DNA from: an uncultured bacterium
Lineage (GTDB): Bacteria > Krumholzibacteriota > Krumholzibacteriia > JACNKJ01
Length of the DNA stretch: 64,000 nucleotides
NCBI GenBank assembly: GCA_963695095.1
Contig: CAVOFT010000001.1
Coordinates: forward strand, 2,272,001-2,336,000
Direction: 5' to 3'
In this document: piece after piece, positions 8,958 to 18,361 of the stretch
How positions within the stretch are numbered: position 1 is the first letter of the stretch
Layout of the letters: every line of letters starts with the position of its first letter
The notes under the pieces: generated by a model
The model's input: only the letters and a program-made list of their open reading frames with translations
The model's database searches: none
Told to the model about the DNA's origin: nothing
Made by a program: the position numbers and the translations under genes

Positions 8958-10384
8958 GACCGCTTGCCCTCCTTTGCTGCGCGTGCCAGGACGCGCTTCA
9001 GCACGCGCAGCGCGTCAGGCAATTCTTCCTGGGAAATCGCGGCCAAGTCGAGGAAAAACTCCTCGTGGCGCAGCGTGCCGAGCAGCGCCGGCCGCGCGCT
9101 GCGCGTCAGGCGCGCCAGGCGGGCAGCCGGCACGCCGGCCACGCGCAGGACCAGGCCCGCGCTGGGCCAGTCGCTCTCGGCGGCGGCGCCGCCGCCGCTG
9201 CGGGCCGCGCTGTCCTGGACCTCCACCTCCAGGCCCGGAATCGGCGGCGAGGCCAGACCCTGCGCCAGTTCGCGGGCCATTGCCTGGATGGCGCTGCGAT
9301 CGCGGCTGAGCATGGCCGTGGTGGGCAGGGGCGAGTCCAGGGCCAGGCGATCGCTCAGCGTCGCCTGCAGGGCGGCGATGTTCAGCTTGTCCAGGCGCAG
9401 GGCGCGGGCCAGGGGATTGGCGCGCAGCTTGCCGAGCATCTCGGCGCTGCCCAGCAGGATGCCGGCCTGGGGGCCGCCGAAGATCTTGTCGGCGCTGAAC
9501 GTGATCAGGTCCGGCCCGGCAGCGATGGCCGCCGCCAGCGGTGGCTCGCCCAGCCACTCGGCGTCCGCATCGAAACGGCCGCTGCCGAGGTCGTAGATCA
9601 CCGGGCAGCCGCGCGCCTTGCCCAGTTCCACCAGCTCGGCCAGCGTGGCCTCCTCGACGTAGCCGCTCACCGTGAAGTTGCTCCGGTGCACCTTGAGCAG
9701 CACATCGCCGCGGCGGCCGATGGCCGCGGCATAGTCCGCGATGCGCGTGCGATTGGTGGTGCCCACCTCGGCCATGCGACCGGCGAAGCGCTCGAGGATC
9801 TCGGGGAGACGGAAGGAGCCGCCGATCTCCACCTGCTCGCCGCGCGAGACGATGAGGCGTCGATCGCGCGCGAGTGAGTCGACGGCCAGCGTGAGGGCGG
9901 CCGCGTTGTTGTTGACGGCATAGGCGGCCTCGGCGCCCGTCAACAGCTGCAGCAGCAGCTCCGCCTTGCGCGTCCGCGAGGCGCGTTCGCCGCTGGCCAG
10001 ATCGAGCTCGAGATCCACCGGCCAGCGCGCGGCCAGGGCGACGTCGCGCTGCGCCGCCGCCGAAAGGGGGGCGCGGCCGAGGTTCGTGTGCAGGAGGACG
10101 CCGGTGCCGTTGATGACACGCTGCGTGCCTTGCTCGCAGAGGGCGCGCCACTCGGCGGCCCAGAGCGGCGGCAGGCGACGGAGGAAGGCCGCCCGCGTGA
10201 GCGGCGCCTGCTTGCCCTCGCGCAGGGCCGCGCGGTAGTCGTCGAGGCGCAGTCCGAGCAAATGGCGAAGACTCTCACGCCGCCAGCGGGCGACCAGGGC
10301 CTTGAAGGCTGGCGCGGTCAGCAGCTGGTCGACGGAGGGGATGGCCTGGAGGGCCCGCTCGAGGTCGCTGGGAGGCTGGGGCAC
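8954..10384 (-). CDS. selA: L-seryl-tRNA(Sec) selenium transferase
   Basis: VINGTGVLLHTNLGRAPL, VNNNAAA, SRGEQVEIGGSFRLP, EVGTTNRT, KVHRSNF, FSADKIFGGPQAG (PLP lysine). Confidence 0.96.
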   Translation of the reverse strand: MPQPPSDLERALQAIPSVDQLLTAPAFKALVARWRRESLRHLLGLRLDDYRAALREGKQAPLTRAAFLRRLPPLWAAEWRALCEQGTQRVINGTGVLLHTNLGRAPLSAAAQRDVALAARWPVDLELDLASGERASRTRKAELLLQLLTGAEAAYAVNNNAAALTLAVDSLARDRRLIVSRGEQVEIGGSFRLPEILERFAGRMAEVGTTNRTRIADYAAAIGRRGDVLLKVHRSNFTVSGYVEEATLAELVELGKARGCPVIYDLGSGRFDADAEWLGEPPLAAAIAAGPDLITFSADKIFGGPQAGILLGSAEMLGKLRANPLARALRLDKLNIAALQATLSDRLALDSPLPTTAMLSRDRSAIQAMARELAQGLASPPIPGLEVEVQDSAARSGGGAAAESDWPSAGLVLRVAGVPAARLARLTRSARPALLGTLRHEEFFLDLAAISQEELPDALRVLKRVLARAAKEGKRS

Positions 10385-10425
10385 GAGGGCTCGCTTTCGC
10401 AGAATTGCCTAGGCTAACATGCACC

Positions 10426-12183
10426 CTAGGGCTCGTCAATGAAGCCCGCAGCGCGCCCGGCACCCGGTGGGAGCCAGCGCGTGCCCGGCGTGAAGGGCTT
10501 GAGCTCACCGTCCTCCAGGGTCATCAGCATCACCTGCTCGGCCAGCGCCTCGCGCCGCGCGCGTTCATCGCCGCGGGCCGCCGTCCGCTCGGCCAAGGCG
10601 TCGCGGATGCCCGCCGGCGTCCGGTCGCTCTCACCGAGGACCTCGAGCAGGAGCGTCATGCCCAGGAAGCCGCGGGCGGCCACCGGGCTCACGCCGCTTT
10701 CGAAGCGCACATCGTAGAGGCGCTGGAAATCGCGGTAGAGCAGGCGGTCCCGCTTGAGCAGGACATCGCTGGGGAAGACCGCGCCCTCCAGGCCCGCCCC
10801 CCCCTGACGGGCCAGCCGCCGCGAGTTCCAGGCATCATTGCCCAGGAGCTGCGCGTCGATGCCGTAGAAGGCGAGCTGCGGCACCAGGAGGACCAGCTGC
10901 TCGACCTCACCCGTCAAGAAGAGCAGCTCGGGCTGGGCGATGCGGAGCTCGTCCAGCACGTCGCCGAAGTCCGTGGCCCCCACTTCGTAGGCCGCCGAGG
11001 CGACGATCTCGCCGCCGAGCGCATCGATGGTCTCCTCGAAGAGGTGAGCCAGCTGTTCGCCGTCGCCCTGCTTGGGATAGAGCACCGCCAGCCGCGCCCC
11101 GAGCAGCTCCGTGATCGCCACCCGCGCCAGGGCCAGCGCCTGGGCGTCGCTGCTGATGAGGTTCTGGAAGATCCATTCACCCACGAGATGGATGTCCTCG
11201 GCCGTGGCCGCCGGCGAGAGCAGCGGCACGCCCCGCGCATTGGCCTCGACGGCGGCGGCCACCGTGGGGTTGCTCAGCACCTCGCCGAGCAGCGCGCTCA
11301 CCTGCGCCTCCTGGATCAGCTGCCGTGCCGCCAGCGCGGCCCGCACGGGCTCGCCCTGCGTATCCGCCTCGATCAGTCTGAAATCCGTGCCGCGCTCGGC
11401 ATTGTAGCGGGACAAGGCCAGGCGAGCGCCCTCCAGGAAAGCCTCGCCATAGACCGCATAGCGCCCGCTCAGGGGCGCGAGCACGCCGACGCGGCCGGGG
11501 ACGCTGGCGGCTGCCGCAGCGGCGGTGGTCGCGGGCGCGCCGGCGGACGGCGCCGCCTGGCGCTCGGCGGCCTCGAGGCGCAGCAGCGCCTGGCGGGCCA
11601 GGCCCTGGCGCTGTGAGCCCGGACGGCGCTCGAGAAAGAGCTGCAGCTCGGCCGCGCTCAGCTCGCTGCCCAGCAGATCCGCGAGCAGGGCCTCGGCGCG
11701 GGGACGCCAGGTCTCCTCCCGCCAGCCGTCGAGGGCGCGGTCCAGGCCGATCGCCGCCTCGAGCTGGCGCCCCGACGCGGACAGGGCCCGCGCCTTGAGG
11801 ACGATGCCCGGCCAGCGCTCGGCGCTCTCGGGATAGTCCGCGAGCAGCCGGCCGAGTTGCTCCAGCGCCAGGGCCCAGCGCGCCTCCTCCATGTAGCTCT
11901 CGGCCAGGCGGCGGGTGAGCGCCGGCGCGGCCTGGAATTGTGGACTGTCCGCGAGCAAGGCCAGGCTCAGCGAGCGCGCGCGCTCCGTCTCGCCGCGCGC
12001 ATAGGCATCGAGGATGGCCGCCTCATCCCGCCGGGCCGCGGCTTCGGCGGCAGGCGAGAGCCCTCTGCTCCCCGCCGGCGCGGGGGGGGCGACAAGGCCG
12101 AGGGTAGAGGCAGCGAGCAGGCAGGCGAGGATCCCCGAGCGGGCCCGCCGGAAGCCGCCGGCTGTGAAGCGGCTAGCGCGCAT
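10426..12183 (-). CDS. TPR plus periplasmic-binding-protein type 1 domain protein (LppC/LpoA-like)
   Basis: N-terminal signal-like segment, TPR-like helices, then VGVLAPLSG...G, DT.GEP, PLLSPAAT typical of PBP1/LppC. Confidence 0.75.
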   Translation of the reverse strand: MRASRFTAGGFRRARSGILACLLAASTLGLVAPPAPAGSRGLSPAAEAAARRDEAAILDAYARGETERARSLSLALLADSPQFQAAPALTRRLAESYMEEARWALALEQLGRLLADYPESAERWPGIVLKARALSASGRQLEAAIGLDRALDGWREETWRPRAEALLADLLGSELSAAELQLFLERRPGSQRQGLARQALLRLEAAERQAAPSAGAPATTAAAAAASVPGRVGVLAPLSGRYAVYGEAFLEGARLALSRYNAERGTDFRLIEADTQGEPVRAALAARQLIQEAQVSALLGEVLSNPTVAAAVEANARGVPLLSPAATAEDIHLVGEWIFQNLISSDAQALALARVAITELLGARLAVLYPKQGDGEQLAHLFEETIDALGGEIVASAAYEVGATDFGDVLDELRIAQPELLFLTGEVEQLVLLVPQLAFYGIDAQLLGNDAWNSRRLARQGGAGLEGAVFPSDVLLKRDRLLYRDFQRLYDVRFESGVSPVAARGFLGMTLLLEVLGESDRTPAGIRDALAERTAARGDERARREALAEQVMLMTLEDGELKPFTPGTRWLPPGAGRAAGFIDEP

Positions 12184-12721
12184 CGGCCAGGTCCCCTTCC
12201 TCGGCGCCCAGCTGCTCCCGGTAGCGGGCGGCGCCGTCGGCGTAGTGGCGCGCCGAGGCGCCGTGGGCCGCCAGGGTCTCGGCTTCGGGCAGGCTGCGCT
12301 TGATCTGGGCCGGCACGCCGGCCACCAGGCTGAAGGGCGGGATCTGCATGCCCTCGCGCACGAGAGCGCCGGCGGCGACCAGGCTCCCCCGCCCGACCAG
12401 GGCGCCATTGAGCACGGTGGCGCCCATGCCGATCAGCACCTCGTCCTCCACCGTGCAGCCGTGCAGGATGGCGCCGTGGCCCACGGTCACCCGCTCGCCG
12501 ATGTTCAGGGGAAAGCCGGCATCGACGTGGAGCACACTGCCGTCCTGGATGTTCGTCTCCGCGCCGATCGCGATGCTGTCCACGTCGCCGCGCAGCACGG
12601 CGTTGAACCAGACGCTCGCACGCTCGCCCAGCGCCACGCGGCCGATGACGCGCGCGCCCGGCGCCAGCCAGGCCGTGGCGGCGAGCGCGGGCGAGAGGTC
12701 GTCGAGACGATAGCGACTCAT
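12173..12721 (-). CDS. Gamma carbonic anhydrase-family protein
   Basis: SVWFNAVLRGD, TNIQDGSVLH, VTVGHGAILHGC hexapeptide repeats. Confidence 0.92.
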   Translation of the reverse strand: MSRYRLDDLSPALAATAWLAPGARVIGRVALGERASVWFNAVLRGDVDSIAIGAETNIQDGSVLHVDAGFPLNIGERVTVGHGAILHGCTVEDEVLIGMGATVLNGALVGRGSLVAAGALVREGMQIPPFSLVAGVPAQIKRSLPEAETLAAHGASARHYADGAARYREQLGAEEGDLADAR

Positions 12722-12738
12722 CGGCTGTCCCCCTGCGC

Positions 12739-13212
12739 TCAATCGGCGTCGGCGGCGTCGGCGCCGGCCCCCTTGGCCGGCGGCCCCAGCCGCTTCTTCT
12801 GGGCCTCGAAGAGGGCCCGGTCCACATGGATCTCGGCGCCGCAGCGCAGCGCCAGGGCGATGCCGTCGCTGGGCCGGCAGTCGATGGCCAGGTACTCGTC
12901 CCGCTGACTCTGGGCCACGAGCAAGCGCCCGAGAAAGACATTGCCTTCGATGCCCGTCACCTCGGTGCGCAGCAGGCGCGCTTCGAGACCCTGCAGCAAG
13001 CGCTGCATGAGGTCATGGGTGAGCGGCCTGGCGCTCTCGGCGCCGCTCAGGGTGAGCGCGATGGCCGAGGCCTCGCCGGGACCGATCCAGATCGGCAGCA
13101 CTTCCTCGCGCCCTGCCGGCTGGAGGAGCAGGATGGGGATCTTCGAATCCTCATCCAGCGCGAAGCCCTTGACCTCCATGCGCAGCGAGCTGCGCTGCGG
13201 ATCTCCGCTCAT
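12739..13212 (-). CDS. Bifunctional nuclease family protein (DUF151)
   Basis: LPIWIG..EA, RPLTHDL, DCRPSDGIALALR. Confidence 0.92.
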   Translation of the reverse strand: MSGDPQRSSLRMEVKGFALDEDSKIPILLLQPAGREEVLPIWIGPGEASAIALTLSGAESARPLTHDLMQRLLQGLEARLLRTEVTGIEGNVFLGRLLVAQSQRDEYLAIDCRPSDGIALALRCGAEIHVDRALFEAQKKRLGPPAKGAGADAADAD

Positions 13213-13234
13213 GCTCCGGACCTTTCCGGCGGCC

Positions 13235-14434
13235 TCAGTCCCCCTCGAAGGCCGGCTCCTGGCCGCTCAAGGCGCCCAGCATGTAGCGCGCGTCTTCGAC
13301 GAGATCGCTCTGGGGGTAGAGCGTCATGAAGCGCTCGAAGGCCGCCCGCGCCTGGACGGTGTCCGCGAGTTCCTCCGCGTAGACGAAGCCGACCATGAAC
13401 TGGGCCCGATCCGCCTGCGCGAAGTCGGGGAAGCGCGCCACCATCTGCTCATAGTAGCCGATGCGTTCGGCTGGGTCCTTGGTGGTCTGCGCCATCTCGA
13501 AGAGTTCCTCGGGTGTGGCGGCGCTCGTGAAGGGCGCGGCCACCTGCTCGACACCGAAGCGCGAGCGCAGTTCCCGCAGCCGCTCGGCGTAGAAGTCCTC
13601 CTGCACCTTGGGCGCGAGCCGCCGCGAAATCTCCTCGCGCACCTCGCCGAGCGCCTTCGTGCGTGCATCCTCATGCTCGTCGACGCGGACGAGGGCCCAG
13701 CCCTTCTTCTCCACCTCGATGGGCGCGCTCACGGCGCCGACCGCGAGGGCGAAGACCTGCTCGGTGAAGGCCGGGTTGACGCCGAGCGAGCGCACGTAGC
13801 CGTCGCGGGTGAACCAGCCGAGGTCGCCATCCTCGTTGGCCGTGGGCGCATCCTTGCTCTCGGCGCGCGCCAGCGCCGCGAAATCCTCGCCGCCGGCCAG
13901 GCGCTTGGCCAGCGCCTGGGCCTGGGCGCGGTCGGCGGCCAGGATCCAGCGGGCGCGCAGCCGCTCCTGCACGGCGAACTCGCCCTGGTGGGCGTCGTAG
14001 TAGGCGCGGATGGCCGCCGAGTCGGGCTGCGCCGCGTCCTGCACCTTGCTGCGATAGTACTGGCGCATCAGGATCTGCCGCCGGGCGCGCTCCACTTCCT
14101 GCTCGAGCGAGGGATCCCGATCCAGACCCTCCGCCAGGGCGGCCTGGTAGAGCAGCTCCATCTCGACCATGCGGTCGAGGAATTGCTGCTTGCCCTGGGG
14201 CGTCTCCAGCTCGCGGCGCTGGAAGGGCGGGATCTTCTCCAGCTCGGCCTCGAACTCGGCCCGGGTGATGGCCGTCCCCCCCACCTTGACCAGCACTTCC
14301 CCGGACGGCGCGGAGTCGACCGGCCCGGCGTCGATGCCCCGGCCGCCCTCCGGGCGGCAGCCCAAGGCCAGGGCCAGGAGAACCGGGCCCAGTCCCATCA
14401 ACAGCGTCTGCTGCGCGCGCGTGCGTCGCATCAT
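13235..14434 (-). CDS. Lipoprotein PpiC-type peptidyl-prolyl isomerase (SurA/PrsA-like) with C-terminal TPR
   Basis: Lipobox LALGC, GEDFAALARAESKD...GDLGWF parvulin motif, C-terminal TPR-like repeats. Confidence 0.88.
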   Translation of the reverse strand: MMRRTRAQQTLLMGLGPVLLALALGCRPEGGRGIDAGPVDSAPSGEVLVKVGGTAITRAEFEAELEKIPPFQRRELETPQGKQQFLDRMVEMELLYQAALAEGLDRDPSLEQEVERARRQILMRQYYRSKVQDAAQPDSAAIRAYYDAHQGEFAVQERLRARWILAADRAQAQALAKRLAGGEDFAALARAESKDAPTANEDGDLGWFTRDGYVRSLGVNPAFTEQVFALAVGAVSAPIEVEKKGWALVRVDEHEDARTKALGEVREEISRRLAPKVQEDFYAERLRELRSRFGVEQVAAPFTSAATPEELFEMAQTTKDPAERIGYYEQMVARFPDFAQADRAQFMVGFVYAEELADTVQARAAFERFMTLYPQSDLVEDARYMLGALSGQEPAFEGD

Positions 14435-14462
14435 CCTCAGCCTCCTTCGTGCTTCCTCGGTT

Positions 14463-15530
14463 TCATAGGTGTCGCCCGCCGGCGCGGGCAGCGACGAGGG
14501 CCACCAGCTCCCGCAGCTCGTCCAGTCGCTCCCGCCGCGCCACCAGCAGGGCGCTGCCGCTGCGCACCACCACCAGGCCCTCGACGCCGAGCAGGGCGGT
14601 CAGCCCCTCCCGGTCGATGACGATGTTGTCCCGCGCGTCCAGGGCGATCAGCTCGCCCTGCGCGCGATTGCCGTCCACGGCGGGCAGCAGCTCGCCCAGC
14701 GCGGCCCAGCTCCCCACATCGCTCCAGCCGATGTCGGCGGCCAGCACCTGCACGCCCGCGGCCCGCTCCATGACCGCCACGTCGAAGGACCGGGCAGGCA
14801 TCTCGGCGTAGGCCGCGCGCAGTGCGCGCGCGAAGCGCGGGCTAGCCGGGTCGACGGCCGGCAGGGCAGCCAGGGGCGCCCAGATCTCGGGGGCCAGCGC
14901 CGCGAAGCTCTCGGCCAGGCGCCGCGCGGGCAGAAAGAAGATGCCGCTGTTCCAGAGATGGCGCCCGGAGTCGGCGTAGCCGCCGGCCCGGGCGGCGTCC
15001 GGCTTCTCGATGAAGGCGACCACCCGCTGGGGTTCGCCGGTCTGTGCCGGCCCCGCCAGCTCGAGATAGCCGTAGCCGGTCTCGGCGCGCGTGGGCCGGA
15101 TGCCCAGGGTGACGAAGACATCCTCCTCGCGCGCGCAGCGCAGGGCGCGGCGGGCGAGGCGGCGCAGGCCGGCGGGATCGGCGACGACGTGATCGCTAGG
15201 AAAGACGGCCAGCAGGGCCCGCGGATCCTCGCGCAGCGCGAGCTGGGCGGCCAAGGCCACCGCGGCCGCGGTATTCCTGCCGGCGGGCTCGCCGAGCACC
15301 CGCGCCGGCGGCAGGGCCGGCAGCTCGCGACGGCAGGCCGCGGCGAGGTCCGCCGCCGTGATCAGCAGGCTGCGCTCGGGACGACCCAGAGGCGCCACGC
15401 GCGTCCAGGTCTCGGCGAGCAGGCTCTGATCGGCGAGCAAGGAGAGGAACTGCTTGGGCCGCCGCCGCCGGCCCAGGGGCCAGAAGCGAACGCCCCGTCC
15501 GCCCGCGAGCACGACGAGCCAGGTGGCCAT
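14463..15530 (-). CDS. manC: Mannose-1-phosphate guanylyltransferase
   Basis: LAGGRGVRFWP..R..PKQF, EPAGRNTA, PSDH, ETGYGY, FIEKP, WNSGIF, WSDVGSW. Confidence 0.93.
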   Translation of the reverse strand: MATWLVVLAGGRGVRFWPLGRRRRPKQFLSLLADQSLLAETWTRVAPLGRPERSLLITAADLAAACRRELPALPPARVLGEPAGRNTAAAVALAAQLALREDPRALLAVFPSDHVVADPAGLRRLARRALRCAREEDVFVTLGIRPTRAETGYGYLELAGPAQTGEPQRVVAFIEKPDAARAGGYADSGRHLWNSGIFFLPARRLAESFAALAPEIWAPLAALPAVDPASPRFARALRAAYAEMPARSFDVAVMERAAGVQVLAADIGWSDVGSWAALGELLPAVDGNRAQGELIALDARDNIVIDREGLTALLGVEGLVVVRSGSALLVARRERLDELRELVALVAARAGGRHL

Positions 15531-16912
15531 CAGGCCCCCTCCTCGGGCAGCTCCTCGCGCAGCGCGCCCAGCACCAGCGCACGAATGGCTTCGAGGCGCT
15601 CCTGGGTCGTGGCCTCGAAGCGCAGCACGAGCACGGGTCCCGTGTTGGAAGCGCGGACGAGCCCCCAGCCGTCCGGGAACTCGATGCGCACGCCGTCGAT
15701 GTCGACGACCTCGTACTTGGCGGCGAAGCGCTCACGCAGCGCGGCCACGACGGCGAACTTCTTCTCATCGGGGCAGGCCAGGCGGATCTCGGGCGTCGAC
15801 AGGTAGACGGGCGCCCCGGCCAGGAGGCCGCTGAGCGGGGAGTCCGCGGCGGCTACGATCTCGAGCAGGCGGCCGGCCGCGTAGAGCGCATCGTCGTAGC
15901 CGAAATAGCGGTCGGCGAAGAAGATGTGACCGCTCATCTCGCCGGCGAGCAGCGCGTGCTCGGCCTTGAGCTTGGCCTTGATCAAGGAGTGGCCGGTCTT
16001 CCAGAGCACGGGCAGGCCGCCGTGGGCCGCGATGTCCTCGCCCAGGGCTCGCGAGCACTTCACCTCGTAGATGACCTTGGCGCCGGGATGCGCGGCGAGC
16101 ACGCTGCGCGCATAGAGCATCAGCAGGCGATCGCCCCAGAGAATGTCGCCCTTCTCGTCGACGACGCCGATGCGGTCCGAATCGCCGTCGAAGGCGATGC
16201 CGAGTTCGTAGCCGCCCTCCTGGACGGTGCGGATCAGCTCGCGCAAGTTGGCGGCGACGACGGGATCGGCCGGGTGATTCGGAAAGCGGCCGTCCGGCTC
16301 CTCGTAGAGCAGGGTGGCCTCGGCGCCCAGGGCCGTGAAGAGCTGGCGGGCGAGAATGCCGGCCGTGCCGTTGCCGCAATCGACGGCCACTTTCACTGAG
16401 CGCGTGGGCCTGAGATCCTGCGCCAGATGCGCGAGGTAGCGGGCCTTGAAGTCCTCGCTGCGGCGGCGGCCGGCGCCCTGGGGCAGGGGCCCGGCAGCGG
16501 CTTCGCGCAGGGAGGCGATCTCGGCGCCGGACAGCGCGCGGCCCGCCGAGACGATCTTGACGCCGTTGTACTGGGGAGGATTGTGGCTGGCGGTCACCAT
16601 CGCGCCGAAGTTCTTGCCCTCGCCCAGCACGGCCTGGGCGAAGTAGAGCACAGGCGTCGGCACCTCGCCGATCTCGACCACGTCCAGGCCCGTGGCGGTC
16701 GCGCCCGCCACGAGCGCGGCGGCCAGCTCGGGCGAGTGCAGGCGGTTGTCGTAGCCGATCACCGCCTCGCGGGCGCCCTCGGCCAGCCAGCGCGCGGCGA
16801 TGGCGCCGCCGAGGGCATGGTACACCGCGGCGTCGAGGTCTTCCCCCACGACGCCGCGGATGTCGTATTCGCGGAAGATCTTGGCAGGCAGCTCCACGCC
16901 GCAGCTCCTCAC
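15530..16912 (-). CDS. Phosphomannomutase/phosphoglucomutase
   Basis: IFREYDIRG, TASHNP, DGDSDR, GEMSGH, RASNT. Confidence 0.95.
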   Translation of the reverse strand: MRSCGVELPAKIFREYDIRGVVGEDLDAAVYHALGGAIAARWLAEGAREAVIGYDNRLHSPELAAALVAGATATGLDVVEIGEVPTPVLYFAQAVLGEGKNFGAMVTASHNPPQYNGVKIVSAGRALSGAEIASLREAAAGPLPQGAGRRRSEDFKARYLAHLAQDLRPTRSVKVAVDCGNGTAGILARQLFTALGAEATLLYEEPDGRFPNHPADPVVAANLRELIRTVQEGGYELGIAFDGDSDRIGVVDEKGDILWGDRLLMLYARSVLAAHPGAKVIYEVKCSRALGEDIAAHGGLPVLWKTGHSLIKAKLKAEHALLAGEMSGHIFFADRYFGYDDALYAAGRLLEIVAAADSPLSGLLAGAPVYLSTPEIRLACPDEKKFAVVAALRERFAAKYEVVDIDGVRIEFPDGWGLVRASNTGPVLVLRFEATTQERLEAIRALVLGALREELPEEGA

Positions 16913-16957
16913 GAGTGGCCGCAGGGCAAGGCCCCGCGGCTGCCGTCGCGAGCCAGG

Positions 16958-17407
16958 TTATTCCTGGCGCACCGTGACCTGAATCGTCGCTTCGACGCCC
17001 TGGCCGCGATGCAGCTTCACGAGAATCGCGTACTCGCCCAGCTCCTTGATCTGCTCGGCGAGATCGATCTGTCCCGGCTCGATGGCGAAGCCGCGACCCT
17101 GCAGCTCCTTGGCGATGGCCTGGGCGTTGACCGAGCCGTAGAGGTGCCCCTCCTCGGTGGTCTGGCCCTTGAACTCCAGGCGCAGGCCGTCGAGGCGACC
17201 CCGCAACTCCTGGGCCGCGGCCACATGCTTGCGGTCCTTGCGGCTGCGTACGCGATTCTCCTCGGCCAGCGCGCGCTGGTTCCCGTCGGTGGCGTACACG
17301 GCCAGGCCATGCGGGCTGAGGTAGTTGCGGAAGTAGCCCTTGGCGACGTTCACGCGATCCCCGCGCTTGCCGAGGTTCTCCACGTTAGCGGTGAGCAGGA
17401 TCTCCAT
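16958..17407 (-). CDS. rplI: 50S ribosomal protein L9
   Basis: LGKRGD.V.V..GYFRNYL, LYGSV, IKELG. Confidence 0.97.
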   Translation of the reverse strand: MEILLTANVENLGKRGDRVNVAKGYFRNYLSPHGLAVYATDGNQRALAEENRVRSRKDRKHVAAAQELRGRLDGLRLEFKGQTTEEGHLYGSVNAQAIAKELQGRGFAIEPGQIDLAEQIKELGEYAILVKLHRGQGVEATIQVTVRQE

Positions 17408-17416
17408 CGTGGCCTC

Positions 17417-17677
17417 CTAGCGCCAGTGCTCGCGCACGTAGGGGAGGAGCGCAACGTAGCGAGCCCGCTTGATGCCGTTCACCAGCATGCGCTGGTGGCG
17501 GTCGCAGGTGCCGGTGATCCGCCGGGGCGCGATCTTGCCGCGGTCATTGACGAAGCGGGTGAGCAGCTCCTGGTTCTTGTAGTCCAGATCGTCGACATGC
17601 GAGATGCAGAACTTGCAGGGCTTCTTCCGCCCTGTCCACTTGCGTGCCTTCTTCTTCTTGCGCCGGATGCGAGGCAT
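17417..17677 (-). CDS. rpsR: 30S ribosomal protein S18 (Zn-binding form)
   Basis: [33 protein letters not shown]. Confidence 0.97.
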   Translation of the reverse strand: MPRIRRKKKKARKWTGRKKPCKFCISHVDDLDYKNQELLTRFVNDRGKIAPRRITGTCDRHQRMLVNGIKRARYVALLPYVREHWR

Positions 17678-18183
17678 CAGTCGTCCTCCCCTTCGTCGTT
17701 GTCGTCGCCGGAGTTCCGCGCCGCTGCGCTGGGAGCGTCGTCGCCGCCGCCCTCGCGCGGGCCGTCATCGCGGGGGCCGCGCGGGCCACCGGGGCGCGGG
17801 CCGCCGCGGCCCCGCGGGCCACCGCGCCCACGGCCACGCCGATCGCGCTCCTTGCGCTCCGTGAGCTGCATGAGTTCGTCGCTCTTGCCGGTGCCCTCGG
17901 GCACTTCGTAGCAGGTCATGTAGCGGAGCACGCGGTCGTCCACGCGCAGGCGGAACTCCAGCTCCGCGATCGTCGCCGGCTCGGCGTCGAAGCGCAGCAG
18001 GACGTAGCTGCCGTCGGTGAACTTCTGGATGGGGTAGGCGAGCTGGCGCTTGCCCCAGAGGTCCGCCTTGCGGACCGTGCCGCCCTGCCCGGTGATCAGC
18101 TCACTGAACTTGGCGGCGGATTTCTCCAACTCGGAGCCGTCGGCTCCAGGATGGATGATGTACAGACACTCGTAGGCCCTCAA
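17677..18183 (-). CDS. rpsF: 30S ribosomal protein S6 with RG-rich/acidic C-terminal tail
   Basis: TTG start with GGAGG SD upstream; [24 protein letters not shown]. Confidence 0.95.
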   Translation of the reverse strand: MRAYECLYIIHPGADGSELEKSAAKFSELITGQGGTVRKADLWGKRQLAYPIQKFTDGSYVLLRFDAEPATIAELEFRLRVDDRVLRYMTCYEVPEGTGKSDELMQLTERKERDRRGRGRGGPRGRGGPRPGGPRGPRDDGPREGGGDDAPSAAARNSGDDNDEGEDD

Positions 18184-18250
18184 TGCCTGCCTCCCTTCGG
18201 ACTGGCGGTCTCCGGACGGCCCCGGACGGGGCGCCGGAAACAGGGTGTGG
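18184..18250 (-). promoter_or_regulatory. Probable S6:S18 ribosomal-protein leader RNA
   Basis: Minus strand CCCTG TTTCCGG C GCCCC-GTCC-GGGGC CGT CCGGAGA ... AAGGGAGG: nested stems, CCG next to the inner hairpin, and an outer arm able to pair with the SD, directly upstream of rpsF. Confidence 0.6.
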
Positions 18251-18318
18251 CCGGCGTGTAGCCAGCCAGGCATTCGTCGATCTTGGCTATGTAGGGGAGC
18301 CTGGGCTCCCGGCCCGAC

Positions 18319-18347
18319 AATATACCCGAGCCGCCGCCGGCTGTAAA
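18319..18347 (-). promoter_or_regulatory. Sigma70-type promoter of rpsF-rpsR-rplI
   Basis: TTTACA-N17-TATATT on the minus strand. Confidence 0.7.
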
Positions 18348-18361
18348 GCCCGCGCGGGCAA

